From positions 41,106,001-41,170,000 of the forward strand of contig OX597818.1 of assembly GCA_951406725.2 (NCBI GenBank): a stretch of 64,000 nt of DNA. Reading direction: 5' to 3'. The notes beneath the pieces were generated by a model that made no database searches, was not told the origin of the DNA, and worked only from the letters and a program-made list of their open reading frames with translations. Position 1 is the stretch's first letter; every line of letters starts with the position of its first letter. A program made the translations under genes and the position numbers. Below are positions 1 through 13,765 of the stretch, in pieces. Origin of the DNA: Octopus vulgaris (taxonomy: Eukaryota).

Positions 1-1124
1 CTCCATATAGCACTACACAATCTTAAAAACGAATACGTTGCATAATATGGTTTCCTATACTTAAAAATATTAAGAAATAAAACGGGGTGGTCGCGGTTGG
101 AATCCTTGGTCATAGATTTGTTCAATCAAGGAAGATTTAAGGCTACGCAATACCAATAACAACACATTTCTAAAGACAATTTCTACTTGACATAGACACA
201 TTTCTTACATATGTACACACACATATTCCGCGCCAAGAGACACGCACATACACACACACTCACACACACACACACACATGCACACATACACACGCCAAAA
301 GACACATACATACACTCACAACAATAAAGTCTCTGTAAAATATACATAGAAATAATTATATGTTACTGGTATGCACACACAAACTAATACACACACACAC
401 ACACACACACACATGCAAAACCACTTTAAACCAAACATGAAAACAAGCAACGTAGAGGCACACGTATTCATCTCAGAAACACAAACACCATACGAAACAA
501 GCATATTTACGTAAAGTTCTGCTGAAATATATACCATAAATCCACGCCATACAAATATCTACACACAAGCATATACGGAGACCTTACAAAACATACATGA
601 ATGCCAATCTTTCTAGAAGACATACGCCTAGATAACATACGTAGAAAACATGTATGTATAAACATACACACAAACATACACACACACCTCTTCTAAAAAT
701 CGTCATTTTTACAAAAATATAAAAATAATTGAAGCAAGATACACAGATAAATTGATATATGTGTATATTTACATATACATGTGTGTGTGAGTGTGTGTGT
801 GTGTCTGCATATATATATATATTATGTATGTATCGATATATGTATAAATATTTGCATGAATATACATATATATATATAGTAAGAGAGACAGAGAGAGAAG
901 AGGGGGCGAGAAACTGGGAGAGTAAGGGAGAAAGAAGAGATCCACTTCTCCAGGCACTGTTACAAGACAGTGTTTACAGATACACAGGCCTTTTCTGTAC
1001 ATATATGTGTGTGTGTGTGTATGTGTATATGTATATAGAGATATACATATACTTATATATATATATATTTAAGTATGAAAATGTGCATATATTTATGTAT
1101 GCATGTATAGATATGTACGTATGT

Positions 1125-1189
<65 letters not shown>

Positions 1190-1552
1190 CATGTATGTAT
1201 GTATGTATGTATGTATGTATGTATGTATGTATGTATGTATGTATGTATGTATGTATACAACCACATAACAGTCCCTATATACATAATCCAATGAAGCCAG
1301 TTTCCTAAAACATAAAGCAACAGTAAAAAAAAATCCTTTTATTCTCCTTTATCGATTTTTCTACACGTTTGTTTATTTTGTTTTGTTTTGTTTTGTTGTA
1401 TTTTTATTAATATCCAATATTTTATTGTTCGTATTTATATATTTGCTTGCTTCATAATTTTTTTTCTCCTGTTACATTCATGAATTTCATCAGTATATTT
1501 TATTGTATTTCACACACACACATAAATATATATATATATATATATATGTGTG

Positions 1553-1609
<57 letters not shown>

Positions 1610-2254
1610 CACATATGAATATATATAATATATATATATGTATTCACATAAAGAATCTTGCAAACCAAATCCAAAAACGAAATATGTATATATATATATG
1701 TATGTGTGTATGTGTGTGTGTATGTATATGCATATATGCATGTGTGTATGTGTGTGTATGTGTGTGTGAAAACCATCAGAACAGTGCTTGTGTGCGTCTG
1801 TATGTTTCGATGTTTACGCATATACACACACACACTCACACATAGAAACAAACACGTATTTATATCCGAGAGTACATGATATGTGTGTGATTGACTGTGT
1901 ATTTGTATGTGTGTGTGCGTATGCGTGTGTGTCTTTGTGTGTGCGTGTGTGTGTGTGTGTTTGTGTCTGTATGTGTATAATATATTCATATTTATTTTTG
2001 TATGTCTATATGGGAGAGAGAAACAAGGAGAAAGAAAGGTGACACAAACATGCTTATGTAAAGAATAGTATACACACACACACACTAGTGCGCGCGCATA
2101 CACTCTTGTACTGAATGGATACATAAAATTCTATTAGCTTTAAAATACGCTATATAGCTATGTATTCAACAGAATTGTAGAAGAATTCATTTCGCTTTTC
2201 CATATTCTATCGTTGTCTTCCATAGTCTTTTATCTCGCTACCTTTATATAGCAT

Positions 2255-2344
<90 letters not shown>

Positions 2345-2351
2345 TGTATAA

Positions 2352-2508
2352 AATAATATGTGACAATTATTCAATAAGCAAGATAAAACTCTGAGTTTCG
2401 GATGCCGAGGTGGAAATCCACAACACCATCTCTTCGGTTATCTGGCCATCTCTATTTACATAATATTGAGGTCTCTTTCTTTCTTTTGTTATCTTACCGT
2501 TTTTACCA

Positions 2509-2510
<2 letters not shown>
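2352..2510 (-). mobile_element. Short Penelope-type pseudo-LTR-like element with a type I hammerhead-like motif
   Basis: The minus strand reads agataa-CCGAAGA-gatgg...catcc-GAA-ACTCAGAGT-T-ttatct, i.e. a 6-bp stem I, core, stem II and short stem III. It is flanked by (TA)n/(TATG)n, and a homologous copy lies at 56539-56626. Confidence 0.6.
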
Positions 2511-2577
<67 letters not shown>

Positions 2578-4084
2578 CATGCATGTATCTTAGAAGACAA
2601 TTGTCCAAAGTACAGTGAAATGATATTGAATAGAACGTTTCAAGCGCATAGCTATAGTTGCTTCAATATTTAAAATTCTGTTATTTATCCCGAATGAGAG
2701 GTGCCAGAAACAATTGGAGCCAACAGAGCGACCTTCAAACTTTCTTGAAGAATATACGGTCATGGCCAAAACTTTGGAACATGGGTCTGAAAATTAGAAT
2801 TGTTATATTAAAAGCCTAAAGTTATATTTAATTTGCAATATGTTTATTACTTGACCCAAAGTTTGGAACATAGAGCTGGAAAGTAGAATTTTTGTATTAA
2901 ATGCCTAAATATATACGTTGTATATATTTGAATTGAATTATACTTGAGCATAACAATTTTTATTTTTTTTTAATATCTCAAACGTTTGGCCATTACTGTA
3001 TTCTAAAAGTAACAGAAATATACTCCAGCCAGATATTGAAACCGGGTTGTAATTTGAATATGTGAAATTCGGAAGGAGTAAGATAAGGAAGAACCGCCTA
3101 CTTTTCAGAGCTTTCAAAACGTGGTTGCAAAGTCGGATGGAAGAATTAATGACAAAACAATAGGAATTTATGAAAAGTAGGAAGATGGCTTGAAGGAAAA
3201 ATAATTGAGATTTCCTGTAAAAGAAAGAAAAAAATATCCGTTGAAACAATTGTAAGAAATTAGCAAGAAGACAGTGGTAACAAATGGCATTGTATTTAAA
3301 AACGGATGACGGATAGAGGGAGGAGAAAATCTTTATATTGTGATTAAAAATATAATTTATATAAACTTAGAAAAATGATAAAATAATTAGTCTGACAATG
3401 AAGACTTTTACTAAAGTCAGACAATAGAACAATGTAAAGAGAATTGTGGAATTGTGCAGTTTGGTAATGGTGGTGGTTGTAGTGGTAGTTGCGGCGGTGG
3501 TTGTGGTGGCCGTGGGTGTGGTAGTAGTGGATGATGGCGGAGGAGGTTTCGGCGGCAGTTGTGGTAATGGTGCTGGTAGTGGTGACGGCGGTGACGATGA
3601 GGGAGACTGGGATGATGCTTGTGGCGATGTTGTTGATGCTGCTGCTGATGGTGGTGGTGGTGGTGGTGGTGGTGGTGATGGTGGTGGTGGTGGCGGTGGT
3701 GGTGGTGGTGGTGGTGGTGGTGGCGGTCATAATCGTCATCGACGTCGTCATTCTTGGGTAATGTATGTAAATGAACTTGCATATTTCGAATTATAACGAA
3801 CGAGAAGCAAGACTGCAATTTTATAAATTTGTCGCAAATTTGAAATTTTGAAGGAAAAAAAAAAAGAAAAGCTAAATAGATTTTATTTTTATACATTAAC
3901 CCCATGGCATTGGCTATTTTTGTTGCTTAGCCCCAGAAGAGCCTTGATCGAGAAGAATCATGCTAAAAAAGCCAAGGACGTTGTATACGAGATGGCTCAA
4001 TTTTCCTGTATATCTGAACTATATTGTAAGATATATAAATCTATTTTAAAGTTAGTAGATTATGATTTGGCTGCTATTTTTTGC

Positions 4085-4990
4085 AGGCCAGTGATCAGGC
4101 CAGGATATTGAAGAGCTGTGGACCTTTAAAGCCTAGTCTAATGCAATATCTTGCTTTATATTTTGATGGCAACCAATTTTTCTAGCGTTACTGTAACTCT
4201 CAATGCCAAAGTTTGGGACAAGTCCTAGGATCTTCCAGATGTATACTACGGCATATCTTTCTCGCCTACGCTCCAGAGAATAGAGTCTCAATCTCTTGAG
4301 ATTTTCCCAGTAGCTTATATGCTGCATAGAGGCTATCTTCTTCGTGTAGCTTCGTTTGATTGCTTCAAGTTCTGCAATTAATTTTACACTGGCTGGTGAC
4401 CATAGTGGGGAGCAATAGTCAAAGCGGCTTAGGACAAATGTCCTCCAGAAGACCATCATGGTTTCCTGATCTCTCATTTTAAAAGTTCTAAAAATCCGTC
4501 CGGTCAGCCGCCTGAATTTCATGGCCAACTTAGCAACATGCACATGGAAGGATGCATCATTACCCATGTAAATGCCCAGGTCTCGCAATGACTGTGTCTC
4601 TGGGATTGCAATCCCTCATGGTCCAGTGTGTTTAATTGGTATTGCATTTAGCTTTGCATGCTGATAGCATAGGGCTTGAAACTTTTCAGCATTAAACTGT
4701 ATGCTATTCTTTTTAGCCCACATATTTCATCTAACTCATGCTGCAGGTGCATAGCATCTTCGGAGTTCTGTATAACCTGTGAGACATTTATATTATCAGC
4801 ATAACTTGTGATCGCGGCTCTCTGAGTGGCTGAGGGCATATCTGAGAGGGCTATTATGAACAGTAATGGTCCTAAATCAGTGTCTTAAGGAACACGACTC
4901 ATTATTTGTGTGTCATTGAAGTGGATCTATTGACTACTACTGGTTGACTTCTATCTTTCAGAAAGTCATGCAGCTATTCTCCCAATATCC
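4085..4990 (-). mobile_element. CR1-group LINE ORF2 fragment (RT C-terminal part, degenerate)
   Basis: Translation gives YADN (degenerate YADD), RDLGI..., FDYCSPLWSP and LYSLERRRERY, which are typical CR1-group ORF2 C-terminal motifs. The frame is broken, and the region is homologous to 49808-50397. Confidence 0.85.
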
Positions 4991-5080
4991 CGACTTGTTA
5001 TACCTGGTTTTAGGTGCGCTTGTTGTCTTGTAATTACATTACATTCTACATTTAATTAATTTTAATTGATTATATGTATA

Positions 5081-5208
5081 TTCTTAAACAAATATATTGT
5101 CAACAGTGACTACAAAGTTTCGGCTGGTTTTAACATCATCGGCAGTCCGACGATGCTTTAGTTGACCGAGACTTCGAAGTCACTATCAAAAACATACTTG
5201 TTTAAGAA
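5081..5208. mobile_element. ~128-bp imperfect palindromic element with hammerhead-like motifs on both strands
   Basis: Arms ttcttaaacaa...catcatcgg and ccgacgatg...ttgtttaagaa surround a 4-nt loop (cagt). A second copy is at 51119-51237. Confidence 0.65.
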
Positions 5209-5695
5209 AAGTAAATTTGTACTCTACAAAAGTATAGATTAACCTATCAGGTTAATGTAAAATTGTTCTTATAATTGAAAATAAGCACACACATACACAC
5301 ATGCACACACACACACACATGCACACACACACACACATGCACACACACAAACACATGCACACATGCACACACACATGCACACAGACATGCACATTTCTTG
5401 CTGAAGTCTAGAAATACAGAAAAAATATCGCTTTTTGTCTTGTAACTACATTGCATTCTATATTTAATTAATTTTAATTGATTAAAGTTCTGCGGTTTGT
5501 CTTCCTCCTATCTTCCAATCCTCAGATTTTACACATAGCCAAAACCACTAAATTAATTAATCAATAAACAAACTGATAATAATAACAACAACAATAATGA
5601 TAATAATAATACTAATAATAATAATTATAGGAATAAGACCAAACCTGACTTTTGTTTCTACAACAACAATAATAATAATAATAATAATAATAATG

Positions 5696-5774
<79 letters not shown>

Positions 5775-5984
5775 AGTAAACGAAATCTCTGCTCATATGA
5801 GACAAACATGAAGTGGCGTACGCCTAAACACATATATACACCGATGCACGCGCACGCAAACACACACAAACAAACACACATACACACACACACAAAGGAT
5901 TGATGTTGCACGGTTACATATTAATATCAGCAATCATATGCACTTATATTCGAGTAATTATTTGCACACACGCATAATTGATTT

Positions 5985-6590
5985 TTTCTACTCTAGACAC
6001 AAGGCCCGAAATGTTTTGGGAGGAGGGGGGGCCAGTCGATTAGATCGACCCCTAGTACTTAATTTATCGACCCCGAAAGGATGAAAGGCAAAGTCGACCT
6101 CGGCGGAATTTGAGCTCAGAACATAGCGGCAGACGAAATGCCTATTTCTTTACTACCCACAAGGGGCTAAACACAGAGAGGATAAGCATGGACAGACAAA
6201 CGGATTAAGTCGACTATATCAACCCCAGTGTGTAACTGGTGCTTATTTAATCGACCCCGAAAGGATGAAAGGCAAAGTCGACCTGCGGAATTTGAACTCA
6301 GAACGTAGCGGCAGAGGAAATACCTCAAAACATTTCGCCCGGTGTGCAAACGTTCCTTATTTCTTTATTGCCCACAAGGGACTAAACATATAGGAGGCAA
6401 ACAAGGACAGACAAAGGAATTAAGTCGATTATATCTACCCCAGTGCGTAACTGGTACTTATTTAATCGACCCCGAAAGGATGAAAGGCAAAGTCGACCTC
6501 GGCGGAATTTGAACTCAGAACGTAGCGGCAGACGAAATGCCGTTAAGCATTTCGCCCGGCGTACTAACGTTTCTGCCAGCTCGCCGCCTT
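5985..6590 (-). mobile_element. Tandem multimer (3 units) of tRNA-headed SINE family B
   Basis: The repeated block is gagttcaaattccgccgaggtcgactttgcctttcatcctttcggggtcgat (B-box plus central domain). The A-box head tggcagaaacg is present only in the first unit. Confidence 0.85.
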
Positions 6591-6880
6591 ACACGCATAA
6601 CTGATCTGAGTAATAAATGATTATGGACAGAAACGAGAATCCCGTCACGCACACACTCACTCAGACACGTGCGCACGAACGCATGTACATAGTGTCTGCG
6701 TTTATTTTCCTCCACGTTCTAAGAGCCTAACATGGCTTAATTGTCTCATTGAATTAAAAATCAGCGCTTCATAGACACAGCATTACTGAGTTCTTGACAT
6801 ACAGATATAATATATATGAACGTGGAGTGGACTGCTGTTTGGATGCGGTCGTCTGCATATGTGTGTGTGTGTGTGTGTAT

Positions 6881-7172
<292 letters not shown>

Positions 7173-7291
7173 CTGTGCATGTTTTTGTGTCTGTGGTCGT
7201 CTCCTTCTAGCGGGTTAGATGTCCTGTTATGGCTAATTCATGTGTTTAAATGAACATATATATGTGTGTGTGTATGTGTGTGTGCGTATAA

Positions 7292-7346
<55 letters not shown>

Positions 7347-7368
7347 TATATATACACACATATATATA

Positions 7369-7402
<34 letters not shown>

Positions 7403-7499
7403 CACACACATACATACGTACATACGCACGTATATATCTAGGTGAACCTAACTAAATGCATAAGTGGGGGAGTGAGTGTGTTTATGTGTGTGTGTGTAT

Positions 7500-7538
<39 letters not shown>

Positions 7539-8292
7539 CAATCTTACACGTTGTATATATGCTCCGTAACAATCAATCCTGGGAAGAAGAAATATGTGAT
7601 AAACAGATTTATGTCTGCATACATAAGTGCAGGTATTGTTGCACTTATGATGATGATGATGATAATAATCATCCTCATCAGCATCATCATGGAAGTGAGG
7701 AGCCATCGTTCTCTTCCTCGTCGTGGTAGCCGTGGCGGTAATGATTCTTGCGTTACAGATGGCGTCACTACTGTTATTACTGTTGAAGTTGGTATTATAA
7801 TAATGTTATTTAGTAATTATGCTTTTATAATGTTGTTGCGGAAATAATAGTAGTAGAGGGACATTGAAACAGCGATAGTGATAGAATGAGGTAGATGTTG
7901 ACAATAGAACTGGCAAGACTAGTTCTGGTGCTGGTGGTTTTGTAATAATGTATCTGCTACCATTAATAGTGACAATGGCTTCTTAGTTGGTGTTGCTGAT
8001 GGTCATGATAATGGTGGTTGTGGTAATGATAATGGTGTTTGGAGTAATTTTGATTGTAGTGGCCAGAGAAGGAATTGTCATGGCATTTTTTTTTTGCTGT
8101 TGTTGTTGTGGTAGTTAGTGGTGGTGGTGCTTAGCTCCAGTTCAACAGAAAAAAAATCCTGAAGATCGCAAGATTGCAGTTGCGTGAAACTGGAATTGCA
8201 AGACAATCTCTCAGATTCAGTTGATACGTGTGTGTATGTGTCCGTGGGTGTGGGTGCGTGCGTGTGTGCATGCGTACGTGTGTATGTATTTT

Positions 8293-8358
<66 letters not shown>

Positions 8359-9787
8359 AAACGTGTCTAAAAATTAGACTATCACCGCATGCCGAAATGA
8401 CCGGAAGATGAAGAGGACGATAAAGGTGTGAGTGGCAAATTTATGTATATGTATGCATAATGTACATATATATGTGTGTGTGTGTGTGTGTGTGTTTGTG
8501 TATATATGTAATTATATATCTATTTATCTATATACTCGTATTTCAAAATAGAAAATTGCCCTTTAACAGGTAATTTTACATGCTAGAAATAGCAGTGCGT
8601 ATATGCATATGTGAACTAGTTTAAGTGAGTTACTCATTCACTCTGAAAATTAACAATAACAATTATTACCCACTACGTTTTCATGTACCATAACAGCTAC
8701 GACTATCAACATCACCATTAATACCATCATGCTTGTCACTGATCACAATCATTATGATTGTTAGCTACATCATAAGCTTTTACATGTCATAGCTCTGCCT
8801 ATAAGAAATAGAAACTGACTCTCGCTCGAATCACATTCTACTGTCTTAAGAAAGAGAAGGACACATTGGATTTTGTAATCCATTCTCGTTACAGCGTTCT
8901 CTCCATCAGCATCACCATTATCACCAGCATCATCATCGTCGTCATCATTACCGTCGTCGTCGTCCTCTTCATCATTATCATCGTCGTTCGCCCCTTTTTC
9001 CTTCCCCTCCTCATCACAGTCATCATTATCGTTTTTATTGTCATTACACTGATCATTACCATCTCCTTCATTAAAACACCCTCATCCTTATCAGCATTCG
9101 TGTCAACATAGTCATCGTCATCACCATCATCACCATCATCACCATCCTCACCATCCTCACCATCACCCTCCTCTCCTCTTCCTCCTCTTCATCACCATCA
9201 CAATCATCATCATGGTTTGATTATGATTACGGTACACACCATTGCCATCCTCATCACAGCATTCTAGTTCTCATCACCGCCATCATCATCATCGCCATCA
9301 TCACCATCGCCATCATCACCATCATCACCATCACCGTCATCACCATCGCCGTCATCACCATCCTTATCTTCATCATTACTTCCATCATCACCTCCATCAT
9401 CATCATCATCATCACCAGCATCATCCTCGTCAGCGTCACCACTTCCATCACCGGCCTCATCATCCGCATCATCGCCATTATCGTCATCATTATCATCGTA
9501 CAGTTTCTATACGTTGTTCTTTCTATGTTCTATTCTTGATATTTGTCTGAACGAAGGGTGGGGAGTGGCCACTTTGTGTATCTAAATTCTATCCTTAAGA
9601 CATCGGAGCATTGTTAGAACTGTTAGCCATCTAGCAGCGCCACTTGTCTATTTAAAATCTCACGCACGGTGAACAGCGGAGAAAAACGAAAACGTATCAT
9701 TCGGCACGCGCAAGGCTCTGAAAAATAGAAGTTAATAGAGTGGAAGTAATAATAATAATGATGTTGAGGATAAGGATGACGGTTGGA

Positions 9788-9827
<40 letters not shown>

Positions 9828-9875
9828 GTAGCGATGGAGTTGACGGGATGGGGGATAATGATGATGACGAAGGTG

Positions 9876-9957
<82 letters not shown>

Positions 9958-10635
9958 GTAGTAGTAGTAGTAGTTTTGTCATTATTATTCTTATTACTGC
10001 TACTATTACTACTACTACGACTACGACTACGACTACTACTACTACAATGAGAATAATGTGGAGAGGAGGGTGTGATGCAGGAGAATGATGATGATTATAC
10101 TAATGAAGAAGAAGAAGAAGAAGAAGAAGAAGAAGAAGAAGAAGAAGAAGAAGAAGAAGAAGAAGAAGAAGAAGAAGAAGAAGAAGAAGAAGAAGAAGAA
10201 GAAGAAGAAGAAGAAGAAGAAGAAGAAGAAGAAGAAGGACGATTGTAAAAAAACGCTGGTTGTGGGGCACAATTGCTTGATAGAATAAAAAGGAAAGCGA
10301 AGTGCGGCTAAGGGGCTTCTGCCGGAATATCAATTGTTATTTTAGAACTAATGAAACAGCGGAAAGAAGAGAGAGGGAGAGAGAGACAGAGAGAGAATCA
10401 GAGAGAGGGAGGGAGAGAGAGAGAGAGAGAATCAGAGAGAGGGAGAGAGAGAGAATCAGAGAGAGAGAGAGAGAGAGAGAATCAGAGAGAGGGAGAGAGA
10501 GAGAATCAGAGACAGGGACAGAGAGAGAATCAGAGAGAGGGAGAGAGAGAGAGAATTAGAGAGAGGGAGAGAGAGAGAATCATAGAGCGGGAGAGAGGAG
10601 GGGAAGAAAATAAGAAATAGAAGTCAAATAAACAC

Positions 10636-10687
<52 letters not shown>

Positions 10688-10773
10688 TCTGTATTTTTGG
10701 TTAGTTTGTCTTTCTAAACGGAGAAAAAGAAAAGCAAATAAATGAAGGGAAGACGATAAAGAAGATCTACAAA

Positions 10774-10805
<32 letters not shown>

Positions 10806-10956
10806 GTAAAGGAAGACAGGAAGGTTACGAAAGAAAGTTTGTAAAGATACGTGAAAACAGTGGAGAAAGAAGGAAACAAGGACAATATACGGAAAACGGT
10901 CAGAGATATAAACCATTACAGCCAACAGTGAAATTTCCAGTCCTTGCTTTTTAAAT

Positions 10957-11348
10957 GGATGGATGGAAGCACTCCGTCGGTTACGACGATGAGGGTTCCC
11001 GTTGATCCGAATCAACGGAACAGCCTGCTCGTGAAATTAACGTGTAAGTGGCTGAGCACTCCACAGACACGTGCACCCTTAACGTAGTTCTCAGGGATAT
11101 TCAGCATGACACAGAGAGTGACAAGGACGGTTCCTTGAAATACAGGTACAACAGAAACAGGAAGTAAGAGTGCGAGAAAGTTGAGGCGAAAGAGTACAAC
11201 AGGGGTCGCCACCACCCCCTGCCGGAGCCTCGTGGAGCTTTAGGTGTTTTCGCTCAATAAACACACACAACGCCCGGTCTGGGAATCGAAACCGCGATCC
11301 TCCGACCGCGAGTCCGCTGCCCTAACCACTGGGCCATTGCGCCTCCAC
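10957..11348 (-). mobile_element. Full-length tRNA-derived SINE family C with a 15-bp target-site duplication
   Basis: The minus-strand head has A-box tggcccagtgg and B-box ggtttcgattcc, and the tail is (ATCC)n. Identical flanks ccttgctttttaaat lie at 10942-10956 and 11349-11363. Confidence 0.9.
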
Positions 11349-11879
11349 CCTTGCTTTTTAAATACCACTGACAAAACACAATTATTTCACTTCACGTCTC
11401 GTTCATTTTATAGTTATTTTTAACTGTTTTGTTTCGTTTTATATTACTAACCTTCTTAGTAAAATATCGTTGTTGCTGTTATACCCCTTGTAATTTAATA
11501 GCTTAATCGAAGAAAAAATGGCATTTCGGTGCCTCCGAAACTTGTGCGTGGAAATGGTGGAAGAAAAGATTTCCTTCCACGGGAATAAACTCCAAAGCAT
11601 GTAACAAAAAATGTATCTACTAATTTCATCCAAGAACCAGGATTTGGTGTTAAACCGTGTATTCCTGGTATATTCGTCACCAAAGTGGTTGAATATCTTC
11701 TTCATATTTCGTATTTACATTAGCACCATTATTAACACTCGAGTCTTCCCCTAGTGGATGTAGTAATTTCAAAGAAGATAACCATTTCTTTATAATATTT
11801 AGCGAGATAAGAAGTTATAATTTGAGATTAAGGAATTATAAGGAAAAAGATTCATATTATGTTCTTTAATTTTCTGCAC

Positions 11880-12047
11880 GGTGATAATGATGTACAGCAC
11901 TATTTCATTCCCGACGAACGGGAACGTGAAACTATGAGTAACAGCTTTTGTTATATTTCTGCTGCTTTTAAATAAAGCATATTACTCTACCTCTGGTATT
12001 TGAGTACTCTTTTTTTTCACTTTGTTTCACATTCATGTGCTTACTAC

Positions 12048-12050
<3 letters not shown>
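11880..12050 (+). mobile_element. pLTR-like element with a hammerhead-like motif, ending at (TA)n
   Basis: CCGACGA-acg(ggaa)cgt-GAA-act(atg)agt-A at 11911-11940, then AATAAA, then (TA)n. Stem I is not evident. Confidence 0.4.
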
Positions 12051-12095
<45 letters not shown>

Positions 12096-12144
12096 AAATA
12101 CTGAATTTCTAAATCTACGTAGAGACATGTACGGTGGTGGGGCG

Positions 12145-12259
12145 ATAGAATGGTTGTATACTGTCAATCTAGAGGCGTTCGATGCTTCCTAGGGCTATAC
12201 AGCAGTGGTGTACCCCCCTACTGTCACGTTCGTGTTAGATTGACAGTATACAACCATTC

Positions 12260-12262
<3 letters not shown>
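12145..12262. repeat. Perfect 27-bp inverted repeat with a 64-bp spacer (MITE-like)
   Basis: atagaatggttgtatactgtcaatcta (12145-12171) and its exact reverse complement (12236-12262). Confidence 0.8.
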
Positions 12263-12326
<64 letters not shown>

Positions 12327-12434
12327 ATACATACATATAGTACATGCTTACATGTGTATGTACGCATTCTTTATCTATTCTCCAATGCATTCTTTTCGCT
12401 CTTCGATTTACTCTAATCTTTTACTCTATTGCTC

Positions 12435-12516
<82 letters not shown>

Positions 12517-12918
12517 TCTTTCTCTCTTTCATTCTACTTCAAACAACTTGTCTGTAATTTTCATGATGAGTAACCTCGATGAGGTTTCTTTTACCAGCTT
12601 CTCATATTTTCCTGATATGTTTCCTGGACTGTTTTTGTTGCTGTTGTTGTTTTTGTCAGAGGTGGTGGTGGTGGTGGTGGTGGTGTTATCGTTGTTGATT
12701 TTATTGTCGTTGTTCTCGGTGTTATTGTTGCTGTTGTTGTCACCGGCTTTGCACCAGCCAAACTAACTCACCAATATCTCTATAAAAGTATATCTAAATA
12801 AAAGTACTTTTTTAAAAATATTGCTGTATAAAAAAAATGACAGTTTCTCCTGTACCAGTTATATATTAGGGTACTGAATCAATCATCTATATCCAATATT
12901 ATATCGCAAAGGCAACGC

Positions 12919-13108
<190 letters not shown>

Positions 13109-13686
13109 TGCTGCAGCCTCCATCATCGTTGTAGTCATTATCTTCACCATCATCAACAACAGCATCATCATCATTGTCCTCACCACTATCTCTATCGGCA
13201 TTGTTGTCACCGTCATCACCACAATCATTATTGTCATCATCATCACTGCCATTTCCATCATTATCATCATCAAAGTCATCGTCAGCGTGCTACAATCCAT
13301 TATGTCCCCGTTCACACATTTTCTCTTCGTGTTCTCCTGAAACTGTAGGTCTTCACTAAAGTGCTCAATTCACGTGTACTTAGAGCACAGGTAATTTTCT
13401 TTCTTTTTTTCTCTCCCCCTTTATTTTTTACAACAAAGCAGAACGTGGTAGGAGTTGATGAAACCACGAACATTTTTAGCAACCGTATATCATTAAACAA
13501 CACGAATATGCATCATTGCCCTCATCAGCAACGATGAGAACAGCTCCTACACAGTCCGATGCAATCATAAATCAATTCGTTTGCTCTTTGTTGTCGTCTA
13601 ACTGAATGAATTTCTTAAATTTTTCACTTTCCGTACATATTCTGTGCTTCAGAAAGATGAGAGAAGGGTCGTCAATAACTTTGCAA

Positions 13687-13764
<78 letters not shown>

Positions 13765-13765
<1 letters not shown>

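Noticed and set aside
3020-3330. Very old RTE-like remnant (AFKTWLQSRM...KRMTDRG)
   Set aside because: Only scattered motif echoes across several frames; not supportable by eye.
9625-9642. CTCF-like site (gccatctagcagcgcc)
   Set aside because: A partial motif match alone is not evidence in 64 kb.
11439-11760. Complex minus-strand ORFs (88 and 62 aa)
   Set aside because: No recognisable domain or convincing splice sites.
13349-13390. 42-nt + strand micro-exon (VFTKVLNSRVLRAQ) with TAG/GTAATT sites
   Set aside because: The splice sites are plausible, but it is too short to distinguish from chance without RNA data.
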